This document shows positions 49,248 to 62,200 of a stretch of DNA of 64,000 bases, in pieces. The stretch is from Schizochytrium sp. TIO01 (taxonomy: Eukaryota; Protista; Bigyra: Labyrinthulomycetes). Location: positions 3,820,436 through 3,884,435 of the forward strand of contig SMSO01000031.1 of NCBI GenBank assembly GCA_004764695.1, written 5' to 3'. The notes beneath the pieces are model-generated. The model saw only the letters and a program-made list of their open reading frames with translations, was not told the DNA's origin and searched no databases. Made by a program: the position numbers and the translations under genes. Each line of letters starts with the position of its first letter. Position 1 is the stretch's first letter.

Positions 49248-51105
49248 GCGTATTGTACCATAGCAACTCAGCATTTGATTATAGTAAATTATATAAGATC
49301 ATCTTGTTCACGTGACTCCAGCAATTCCTCGAACATGAAATCCAGAATGTTTCCAGAATCATCTCGATGATTGTTTCTAATTGATTGTGATATTTTAAAA
49401 ATACATAGAATGTGTTATGATAGAAAGACACGAGCTAAGAGGAAAAATAAATTGTCTTTGTTGAGAATTATTCAGGTAAACATGTTAATTATCAAGATAA
49501 AAGCGAAATCTAATATGACTTGGTATTCGGCCAAAGTGTGATGCTAGAGTCACATATTTACCGAGAAGCTTTGGCTTTCGCAAAAATGACTATCTGGGGT
49601 CTTCAAAATGTCTGGCACAGTCGGCATTATTGACAAAATGCTTTCTGGAATGACCTGAAGTAGGTTGATCGTTTTGCGCTATCCACAATCCAGTTGGCTG
49701 AAATGCTTGCATACTTTGAAAATAAAGTTACTAATAGCAATTCTAACCCTAGCTTCTGGTTGACAAATACGAGACTAAAACAACTTATTTACCGAGATAG
49801 CTTAGACATCTCTATAGATTCTCGTCTAGTACCTTTTGAATGGTACGAAAATCAATGCTAGTTGCAAAGTGCTGAAATCCCTAATGGAGCTGCTGAGACC
49901 CAGGCATTGAGTACAAAGGTTTCCTCCTTCAACTTCACCTTAGATGATTCAGATGATTCAGATAATGTAATGAATATAGAGAGAAAGAAACCTTGTTGCT
50001 CACCTTTCCACAACAATCGAGATAACTCTAGCTTTGTATCACCCCAATATCTCAGCACTGGTCAGCGTGTAATAGCTTCATTAAAAAAACAAAAATTAAA
50101 ACACTTCGTTGAAACTGTGTTACTAATAAGTTGGGACTAATTTTGAGTATTTTTCCAATCTGAGACACCAATGAGTAATTAAAAAAAAAAAAAATCAAAA
50201 AAAAAAATTCGTTTTTTAGTATTCACGAAGTGAACCAACTATTTCATTCAGCTAAGACTTATCAACGCTAATCATCACATTAATTTTTACTAGTTTACCA
50301 TGACCAAGTTTAGGTAAAGTGAAAATTATAGCACAGTCTCACCATCGCAACCTCGTTTTATGGATGCCATACAACAATAGAAGAAGAGCAAAACGAAACA
50401 TATTCTGCATGTTTAAGGTTGGTAAAGGTAGGTAAAGATAGGTGAGTCTCCATATTTGAAATATTATACTTTAATCGTGGGACATGAATTAATCTTACCG
50501 TACCTTGCTCGATTAATTCAGCTGGTACAATTTTGCTCAAATAATAAGGCGCTATTAGTATCTCGTATCCCTACTACATTTCACATGTAAATAGTACCTA
50601 CTAGGGTAGACGTATATAATGGCTATGTTGTGCCTTGCTATTATTATTACTTTCAAGGTACTTTATTATTATTGTTTTAAAAATATAATAAGAAAAGCTC
50701 CTTGATTGTTTTTGTGTTCTTAAAATAAAAATACGTAGGCCTAATAGCCTACATTTTTAATAATAATAAAAGAAAAAGATAAAAGAATATAAAACCAAAA
50801 ACTTGGTAAGAGGTACCTAGGTAGTACCGTACCTGGTGGGCATTTCAAGAAAAAGAAAGAGAAAGGAAAAGTTAGATACTGCTAGTAAGTCATAGATGAC
50901 ACTTCTATTAAGTAGCTAAGGACTAGGGAGTTAGTTCTAACAGACTCATAGTAACCCAGCCATGAAACAAGGAGAAGAAGTGGTGGTGAGGAGCCCGAAC
51001 ATCAAAGCCTGACTCAGTCTGGCCAGGGATCGCGCAGAAGGCGACGAGGCAGTAGACAACGCCCGTCAAGGTAATTTTCGAGCAATCTAAGGTATCGACT
51101 CAAGT

Positions 51106-54100
51106 ATGGTTCAAGCTAAACCGAAGAAACGCAAGGTAAGTCATAGTTCTTCGAGTTGACAATTGATCAGCAATTGGAGGGTAGTGGCGGTGAAGTTGAG
51201 TCAACAAAACTCAACGAAAGCAATCCAGTGAAATTCCGCATCTATTACGAATATGAAAAGCAACTAACAGGACATCGGTTCTTCTCAACTCATCAAATTT
51301 CTTCCCGTCTCCTTTGCAGCCTGAAGCTGTTGATTTCAAGCGTATCAAGCGCAAAGTAGGTCGCCGCGCACCTCAAAAGACATCTGCCACGGACACCTCA
51401 TTCAAAACCAGAACTGTAAATGTTCGCGAGCAAAGTCTGGTGGCAAACAAAGGCGGTGTGCTTGTCTCTTCGAAGAATCTAAGCGTCTTGGAACTCCTGT
51501 CCAAAGCCAGACATCACAATGCACGCGTAAGGAAGGAGGCCTTGGATGGTCTGCTAGAGATTGTCGAGGCCAACCAAAGTAATACTCAGTTGCGAACCCA
51601 ACTTCCTGCGATCATGACGTGTGTAGTAGAGCTTGTCAATGATGATGAAAAAGCAGTTCGCGTTGCTGTTCAGCATTTATTGCTTGCACTCTTTGCTACA
51701 TCAACTTTTGGCAGGGTTCATTGGTGCCAACCGTTTCTACGTTTGTTGTTTTTCCATGTGCGAGCTGGCCTCAATAGTCTGCGGCTTGGATGCCGTATGG
51801 ATGCCATGCGGCTTGTTTTACTCATCAGCAAGAACTTTCCTGAACGAGTGTTGGCTCAGCGAGCAGATTTGATTGATCTCTTTGGTGCTCTTCTTAAGTC
51901 AACGCTTAGTCGGGTTTCCACGAGTACGAACGTGACAAACGCAGCAAGCCAATCACATGGTGGACAAGCAAACGGGAATAATAATAATTCAGCTACATCT
52001 GTTTCAATTACTGTAAGCGCTCCAGGCCACGGACCTGGTGTGCTCCGGGACTTCAAAGATGCCAAAGCTCGTGCCAAGGCTCAAGCTCAGCAGCGTGCAA
52101 AGCGCACTAAGGCTCTTGCAGCTGCGGCCGCAGCCGTAGCTGCCGCAAGTTCGGATGCAGACCTCGGTGAAGACTCCAGTGAGAAAGACGGGGGCAAGAA
52201 AAGTGGCGCAACATCAATGGAAGGCCAAGGTCTTGAGCTTTGGGCTGAGGTAGCTCGTGGTTTGCTGCAGCTGTTACAACTCGGGCATTCATCTCTCCAT
52301 ACTAGCCATTCCTCGCATGCTGGCATCTCGGATCCTCTGGAAAGCGAAGGTTGTGCATCCGTTATGCGGCATATTGGACTTGAGTATCAAGAGTCTGCTT
52401 CTCTCGAGGAGTCTATTCGTCAGCACCAGGAAATCGATGCTCAAGAATCGTCTTCCTCTTCAGTAGGTGCACCCAAGACGAATGTCAAGGGCGAAGAACT
52501 CGCAAAGATTCTTTCATCGCTTTGGAACCAAGTCTGTACGCTTCATTCAGTTAGCTGTGGGCGAGGAAGAAGTGCAGTATCTGACGCACGTGCTGTGATC
52601 AGCGACCTGCTAGTGGCTGCAGAGACGTTGAGCCTATGCTTCGCAAACATACTTTCAATGTCAGAATCATATGCTGAAAGCACTGTAGTGCGGCATTTGG
52701 TACATGCCATTGAAGATTCCTTTCCTGTGAAGAACACCGGCCACCCTGAGTTGGCCTCATCCATATTCAAGGTTAACACAATGCTTGCCCAAACCTTGTT
52801 GCTTTCACAACTTAAAAGCGTTGAAAGCGAGTCAGAATATGCTACATCCGTTGCCACATGGGTCTTGCAAAGCGCTGAAACAAAGAAGGCACTTGAAGCA
52901 TCGCGCTTAGAAGCTCTAGTGCAAGTCATTCATAAAGGGCTTTTGCAAGTGCCAGTTAAATCACACGCTGCTGGTCAGCTACGCGAGGCTCGTAAAGTTC
53001 TTTTTGGACGTGCTTTGCAGGATGGAATTGGGCAAAGTGCAATTATTCATGTGTTAGATGCGATCAAGGAGCTAGCTGACGAAGATCCTGAGATGGTTGA
53101 GCCAGAGTGGGCCGCAGCTCTCCCACGTATTGCTTGGGAAATGGGAGTCAATAGTGATGAATCAGAATCAATGCGTATGCGATTTATGTTGGTATGCTTT
53201 TCTACAATTAAAATCCTAGCTGTCCGACAAGCTGAGCACATAGCCTGGGATCGTTTTGCACGCTGGCTTAGCCCGTTCCTTCAGGCGCGTCGTGGCGGGC
53301 TTGTTACTGAACCCTTGGCAAACTCTATGTCCATGCAAGTTCAATTACAAGTTGTTGATCTTGTAGCTATGCTCCCTGTCACTATTTTACCAGAATCTTT
53401 GATTCGTGCAATGGCAGGTTGCGCAGTCTCTCTCGATGCCAAATTGGTTGATAGCAGTCAAGAAAAGCATCCTCCAGCAGGCACAGCATTAACTCTTGCT
53501 CGTCTATTACGTGCACCTTTTGCACAAAGATCTGCGATGCAGCAGTTAAGTGGCCCGGCCACCAACGAGGCAATGTTAGACGAGGCGGCGGAGGTGACTC
53601 ACTCTCTTGCATTCTTTATCACTCTTGTCTGTGTAAGCGCCAAATCGCCAGTTGCCTTGCAATGCCTTTCAAGTATTGTGGCTGCATTAAGGTGCTCCAG
53701 TGATTCAGTGGATGTGGCTATTACCAAGCTAGTTCCTGATCTTCTGGCAGATAACCTCTCAGAGTTATGTGAGCCTGTTCAAGTCCAAAATGTTGCACAC
53801 ATCATTGCTGAGTGCCTTGGGGGCGTGGAAATGAATAACGCGATTATTGATCGCCTTGCAAATGATACTCTCCACTTGCTCGGGGCACAACACGGTGCAC
53901 CTGATGCAACAGACTTCGAAGCAGTCTTCCGTTTGCTAACACCTTCAGATCCGCGCATGGTGAACATGGTACTAGAGGCAAATTCTAAGGGTGAGCAGTT
54001 CTTTGCAATTGCCGCAAGCGGCTGGATTCGTGAACTTGAGTACGAGTTTGTGCATCTTGATTCTCTTCGGTCATCAAAGCTTGTTCAAGAGCCTGGCTTC

Positions 54101-54199
54101 AAGAAGGTTCTTCAATTACTGCAAGAGATGCCAGGGGCTCACGCCAAATCGCTACTCTTTGAGCTCGAATCCCTCACCAAAAAGGCTTCTGCTCTTTAA
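51106..54199 (+). CDS. IPI1: Ipi1/TEX10 (Rix1 complex, pre-60S processing), ~969 aa; exons 51106-51135 and 51320-54199
   Basis: MVQAKPKKRK|PEAVDFKRIKRKVGR…ATDTSFKTRTVNVREQSL…HHNARVRKEALDGL is the Ipi1 N-terminal pattern. Phase-0 GTAAGT…ACTAAC…TTGCAG intron. Confidence 0.9.
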
Positions 54200-54876
54200 A
54201 GGTCCGTAGTCACGAATGTACATTGTCAAGATGATGCGCGCTGATTCTTTGTCCATGGTAAGGCGGGTGGAGCGGGATTCGCGGAGACGTACAGGCGACT
54301 TGTCATTTTTGAGGTAGTCGTCAAATTCAGCTAGAGCTGTTGTGTAGCGCTCATCCATGAGAACCTTGGGGATGTTAGGAAGATCTAAAGATTTAACAAA
54401 TTTCAGAACATCAACCGCACGTGGGCCGACTTTCCCGTTGTGAGGGAGGAGTGGTAGACCAACAACCATTCCTCCAACACCATAGAGTCTCATTGTCTCG
54501 ATAAAATAGTTTCGGATTTGGTCCTCGTTCTTGCCCTTCAGCACGAAGTTGTCAAAGCCCATGGCCTGAGTCCATTGAGGATTCGAGAGCGCTATACCAC
54601 ATGAGCGTTTACTATGATCAATAGCCAGTAGCTGCAGTATTTCAAAGTAACATAAGTGTATGAGCAGAAGTTTGTGTTGAAGTTATTTCATGGCCACACT
54701 CAAGTTAGCAGTTAGTAGTTGAAGAGTCAGAGCTGTATCATGCAGATCAGACGATGATGCCACGCTCTCCTGCCTTGATCTTGCACAGTATTCAATAGTT
54801 CCTTAGGACCTACCGTTGTATTTTTGGAGCTGTTGCGGAGAATGTGTTTTGCAAGAGCATCTGGCTTGACCCACAT
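54152..54876 (-). CDS. yqgF: YqgF/RuvX-family RNase H-like nuclease, 180 aa; exons 54876-54814 and 54631-54152
   Basis: LLAIDHSKRSCGIALS, MVVGLPL, MDERYTT, MDKESARIIL. Phase-0 GTAGGT…TACTAAC…CTGCAG intron; in-frame stop upstream of the ATG. Confidence 0.88.
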
Positions 54877-56650
54877 GTTACGCTCTGCGGAAGATGAATA
54901 CGTTTCTTCACCAAAGTTGTCCTGGACCCGGGGATATTAACGAGGTTTCTAGCAGCGCTTTAGACTTTGAGTTTCTAGCGACAAAAAGTGAGCGACAGAG
55001 CGAAACTGCTCTAGTGGGTGGGTCTTCATTTCTATGCTCTGCTCGCTGGCTGTGAGCGTTTTCCGAAAAAAGTTAAATTTTCTTTAGCCCATAATAAAAG
55101 AGAGACATGGATGGGAAAGATGGATATAGAAAGAGTCTTATTGTGACTGCAGCCATTGATAAAAGTAACTCCTGCTAGTTTGGCACAGATGATAGTAGTA
55201 GTGGGGTATTACTATCTACTAGTGCACTTTGACGTTCTTTTAAAGGGGTATTGTACGACGAATAATATGCTAGGATAATTTTTTTTTTTTTTTCCCCTAA
55301 ACAGTAAAGAGTGCAGTTTAAAGCCTCCTGATTCTAAGCACAATTCCATCATTTTCAAGATGTATAGATTTCGCAAAGCCGAAGCGCGGACGTGTGCCAC
55401 ATCCTCTTAAATTTAAAAGAAAAGTAGATACAACATTATCAATAATTTACGATTTTTCACATAGACATGACGAGACTTGAGGCCAGAAATTGATACTTTA
55501 TCAAGGTGCCATATTGGTTTGTTTGCTGTAAATGAGTAATAAAATGGGCTTCGCTTTTAATGAAGAATGCACTATTCATGTCACAAAGTCTACACTTCCA
55601 GGTCATTCGATAAAGCTAACCTCCGGCAAGATGGCATCTCGGGACGCTCCTTTCGAAGATAGCAACGTTAAAAGTAAAGATCTACTCTCTATTTAGTTTT
55701 TATTTCTTTCATAGTTTTTACACTCTCGATAAATAGCTCTGCACCTTCGTCCCGCCCACCTCTATCTTAGGTAAGCAATGTAAAATGAAATAATCTTTTT
55801 GTTCTTCAATATCGCACTCTACCTTAATCTTTCGAATTTGGATTATGACATCTCTTATCTGCCATCACAAAGGCACATGCATCAGCGCTAACAAGTATTA
55901 GAAACTAATAAAAAAAAAAACGAACAAGGCGCACATAGGTTTGTGGTGCCTCCCTTACACAACAACTCTTTGTTTAAAAAAAGCAAGACTGGTTTTGGTC
56001 CATGACAAATAGTGAGATAATTAAAAAAATGATAGGGATTGCATAAGCACCAAACGGTGCGTTCCTTTCTAGGTTTCATATCTCTCCTTGCTCCATCATT
56101 GTTATGCTGCTCATTCAGGTGAATCTTTGCACAGCTCATAAACATTAATCCTTGGTAGTAAGATAAAATAATGTGTCTGACTTGAGTTTCAACCGTACCT
56201 CACATTCACCAGTCAAGGGTTATCATTTATAGTATGAGGTATTTTGGTTTGTAAACATAAGAGTACAGGAGTAGATACTTAGATACAATTAAAAAAAATT
56301 ACAAACTTAAATTATTAAATTTAAATCATTAATAAATAAAAACGAGGAAAAGGAAAGAGAAATATGATGCTTGAGTAAACGCCTATTTACTTCTATATCT
56401 AAATCCAATAGCTCGAGTACCTTGCTAAGTAGGTCTAAAGTAGGAGTAAGAGATGCCATAGAGGAGCTGATTTACTTTGTCTACAAAACCATGCGAGACT
56501 GCTTTCATAGACGTCTCTGCACCAAGGCGCATTTAGAAAAATCAAAAGGGAGAAGGGGAAGGGTGCTTACTAAGTATCTCCAGAGGGAAGGCTGAATAGC
56601 TTGCTCGTGCTTGTCTATTCTAGAACCTTAAAACCAACTTTTCTATAAAG

Positions 56651-58327
<1,677 letters not shown>

Positions 58328-59273
58328 AAGCAAAATTCTAATTCTTATTGTTTCATAGAAGTATCTTTGTCTAAAAATGAACGCCGGTTTTTTTCTCTTT
58401 GAACTTTAGGTCTGACGAGGCCTCCTCGAAGTAGCGACTTTGTTTAATTCCCAAACAAGCCAATCAAATTATACTAAACCGAGGACTCTTGTATGAAGAG
58501 TTCCATCATATACGCTCTCTGACATCGCGCAATGTGAATTATGTTTAAAGCGATCCCACCAAAAGAGGTCTCCGTGAAATTTTGCAAGGGCAATTGAGAA
58601 TTGTCCAGGATTTGATTCTGTTGAAGGAAGTTGTGTTAGCAAATAAATCAAGCAATTTAGGGCTGGCCACATATGTATTACTTCTTCTAGTATGCAAATT
58701 AGCAAGACGAATCCCATACTCTAAATCTTAAAAAACATGTACTCTTCTGGAGACCAAGTAATCTGCTACCTTCAAACGGTAATTGACTTCAGCAATTTAT
58801 AGTTGTTACGCATAACTGTTTTGCACACTAAACAACAACTAAGTCTGTATACCTACTTAGCTGTCAGAAGTCTTTACTTTCATTTTTATGATTCTTTTTC
58901 TTCTTTACATTTTAAATTAACAAAACAAATAAAAATAGAACAGCTCGTCAAGCTCCAAGATTCATTGCACCCTCAGGTGAAGGAGTCTATTACTTCAAAA
59001 AAATATAGAAGGATTAGGAAGGAAGAGTACAAGGAATATCCATTTGAAAAGAGAAGACAAGGCTTCCGAAGATAAAGTAATTTATAAATTGCTTGTATCA
59101 AAACTCTTGGTAGCTTCTGAGATATGTTTAAAAACTAGTGAGATTGGCATTGAGTAATCAAAACGTTGATACATGGGCAAGCTAAGCAACCCTTGATAAT
59201 GTTGCCCTTACACATATATTGCACAACCATAATCAAGACGTACATAACGAAAACGGATGCGACTTGAACAGAT

Positions 59274-62200
59274 CTATCTCCTGCTGCGGCGGTTGGTATT
59301 TCTACGAGTGGGAACAACCATCTTACGTCCAGTGCTAAATCCCTGAGAAGCACTCGAGCTGCCTGCACCGTTTCCGAATGAGTTTCCACCACTTGAAGCG
59401 CTTCCACCAAAGCTTCCACCGCCATTTCCAAAGGTCGGAGGAGGAGCAGAACCAAACGAAGGAGCAGAACCAAACGAAGGAGTAGCATTATTATTGTTGT
59501 TCCCGCTGCCGCCGAATCCGGTGGATCCTCCAAAGCTAGTCGTGTTCATTGACGAGCTTTGATTGCCACCAAACCCACCCATGTTGTTATTGTTTGTACC
59601 ACCAAACGGAGATATAGACGGTTGGCTACCAAAACCTGTTGCGGAGCTACTTTGATTGCCACCGCCGAAAGAAAAACCCGATGACGTCCCTGCCACGCCA
59701 CTATTGTTATCATGGCTAGTGCCAGCTCCGGAGGTGTTGCTTGATCCTCCGAAGTTCATGGAACCTGGATTGGCAGATGGACCACCAAACACGCCTGCAG
59801 ACCCAACCATTGAGTTAGTCGATGGATTCGATGCGGCATTGCTGCCTGCGCTTCCGCCAAACGCACCAGAAGATAACGAAGAAGCAGGGTTGCTTGAACC
59901 AAAACCAGTTGGAGCTGAGTTAGAACCACTTCCAGAGCTTGAACCAAAGGAAAATCCTCCTTGAGTACTGTTAGTCCCCAGGGTGCTGCTAGATGCTGAG
60001 CTAGACCCAGTCTGGCCAAACTGGAAGCCGGAAGAGGAAGATCCCCCGCTTGACGGTTGAGATGCAGAGCTGCCGAAAAAGGAAGAGCTTGAAGATGTTG
60101 ACGGTGCACTTCCAGAACTCGATCCAAATTGGAAGCCTGAGCTTGTGTTTGTAGAAGAATCTTTATTACCAAAGCTTGCTGAGCCAGATCCGGCGTTGCT
60201 ATTGGATGGCACAGTAGAACTCGACGAGCCGAATTGAAATCCTGAAGATCCGCCTGAGGAGCTTCCGAACTGAAAACTAGACGAAGGGGAGCCATCACCA
60301 GAATGATCAGACTTCCCTACTTCAGCAGAGTTGGGTTTTGATGAAGAAGCTCCAAATGTAAACCCTCCAGAAAAAGATTCTGAAGACTTTGTCTCAAGTG
60401 AAGAAGTGCCACCAAATGCGGGCGTTGATAAGGAGGTAGGGTTACTGGACGTAGCTGCAGCACTAGACTGGGCACCGAATTTAAAACCAATAGAGTTGTT
60501 AAATGAATCTGTAGTTGGAGACTTCTTTTCGGGGTTAGAAGTTGCTCCAAACGTAAAACCACTGCTTGATGAGCCTGAACTTGTATCAGTAGAAGTGGAA
60601 GAAGGTGCACCAAATGCGAATCCGCTAGATGAGTTGCTTGGTTTACTAACTTCATTAGTTGCATTTGTAGGCTTTGTCTGGCCAAACGAGAAACCAGAAG
60701 ATGAAGAACCAGAGTTGATCACGTTTGCGTCCTCGGACTTCGAACTAGCGCCAAACGAGAAACCTCCCGAAGCCGGGGCCTTCGATGCACCAAAAGAGAG
60801 CTCGCTAGGAAAAGCGGGCGGAGGAGATGTTGAAGAGGTTGACTCCTTTGCTGCAGGAGATGAACCAAAAGTAAACGGCTGACTTCCTTCTGTACTTGAG
60901 GTGTCGAGTGCCGATTTGTTCTCGTCGTCCTTCGTACTCTGATCCTTAACACTGGTTTCAACAGACGCTGGTTTTCCAAAAGTGAAACCAGAGCTGCTAG
61001 AACTTAGTGACTCCTTTGATGCACTTTCCACCGCAGAAGAGGACCCAAATGAAAAAGGCGAGGCCTTTGGCTTTGAAAGGTCTTGCGATGAAGTCCCAAA
61101 AGAAAATTCTGTAGGGTTTGGCAGATGAGGGCGCACCGAATGAAAACTTTGGAGCCGAGGTTGAAGATAGCTTAGCATTGCCATCGTCATCTTCCTCACT
61201 ATCGCCAAAGCTACGCTTCTTTTTCTTTCCTGTTGCCGATTCAGCTGTATCCTCATTATTGCTAGATTTGCTGGTGGAGGGTGTAGAGCCAAATGTAAAT
61301 GGTGCCACTGCGCTAGTTGTAGATAAAGAAGATGACTGAAGCGACGGAAATGCAATAGGCGACACATCGCTCTTTTTGCTGGTGCTATCTGACTCAGGTC
61401 CCTTTCCTGCGGAAGCAGATGGAGCACCAAAGTTGAAGGGAGTCTGTGATGTAGGCTTGGTGAAGTTGAAAGGTGTTTGGGCAGGCGAAGGGGCAGTAGA
61501 TGCGGTTGTGAATGAAAAGCTCACCTTCTTTTCTTTCTTTGCATCGTTGGCATTGTCATTGCTTTGCTCCTCACCCTTATCAAACGTGTTGGCAGGCCGT
61601 TCGGCTTCACATGAGGGACATTGCTTCGTATGCTTCTTCTTGTCATTTTTGCAAGAGCAAACGGGGCATTTCCACTGCCAAGGTTGGAGCATGAACTTAG
61701 CAAAAACATCTGACACAGGCGCTGCCGGAGCTTCCGCTTCTGTAGAGATCTCAGCACCCTCAGCTTTGTCAAAAGTGTCTGCAGGCCGAGGTGCTTCGCA
61801 AGATGGGCATTGTTTAGGATGCTTCTTCTTGTCGTTCTTGCAAGAGCAAACTGGGCATTTCCATTGCCACGGTTGAAGCATGAATTTGGCAAATACGTCT
61901 GACACAGGGGCAGCTTCGATAGTATTCCCTGTAGATTCAGAAAGTGAAGACGTTTTGCTTGGAGGCACATCGTTTCTATTTTTTTCAACAGAAATGAGCG
62001 CCTTTGTAGTAGAATTGTTGCTTGCTTCTGTAATGAGCAAGCTATTCTCTTCAACACTGGGAACAAGGGGTGGATAACCAGGTTTCTTCACAAAAGAAAA
62101 TGATCCCAAAAGGCCATCCGAAGGGTTCCCTAGAGCAGCCAAAACTGCAGAAGGAGCCTGGACAGCGCTTGCTGGAGTGAAAACCCAACGCTGATTGACC

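Noticed and set aside
61109-61136. 28-nt GT…AG mini-intron that would fix the nucleoporin frame
   Set aside because: No branch site, much shorter than the other introns (180-350 nt), and it would delete a good FG repeat.
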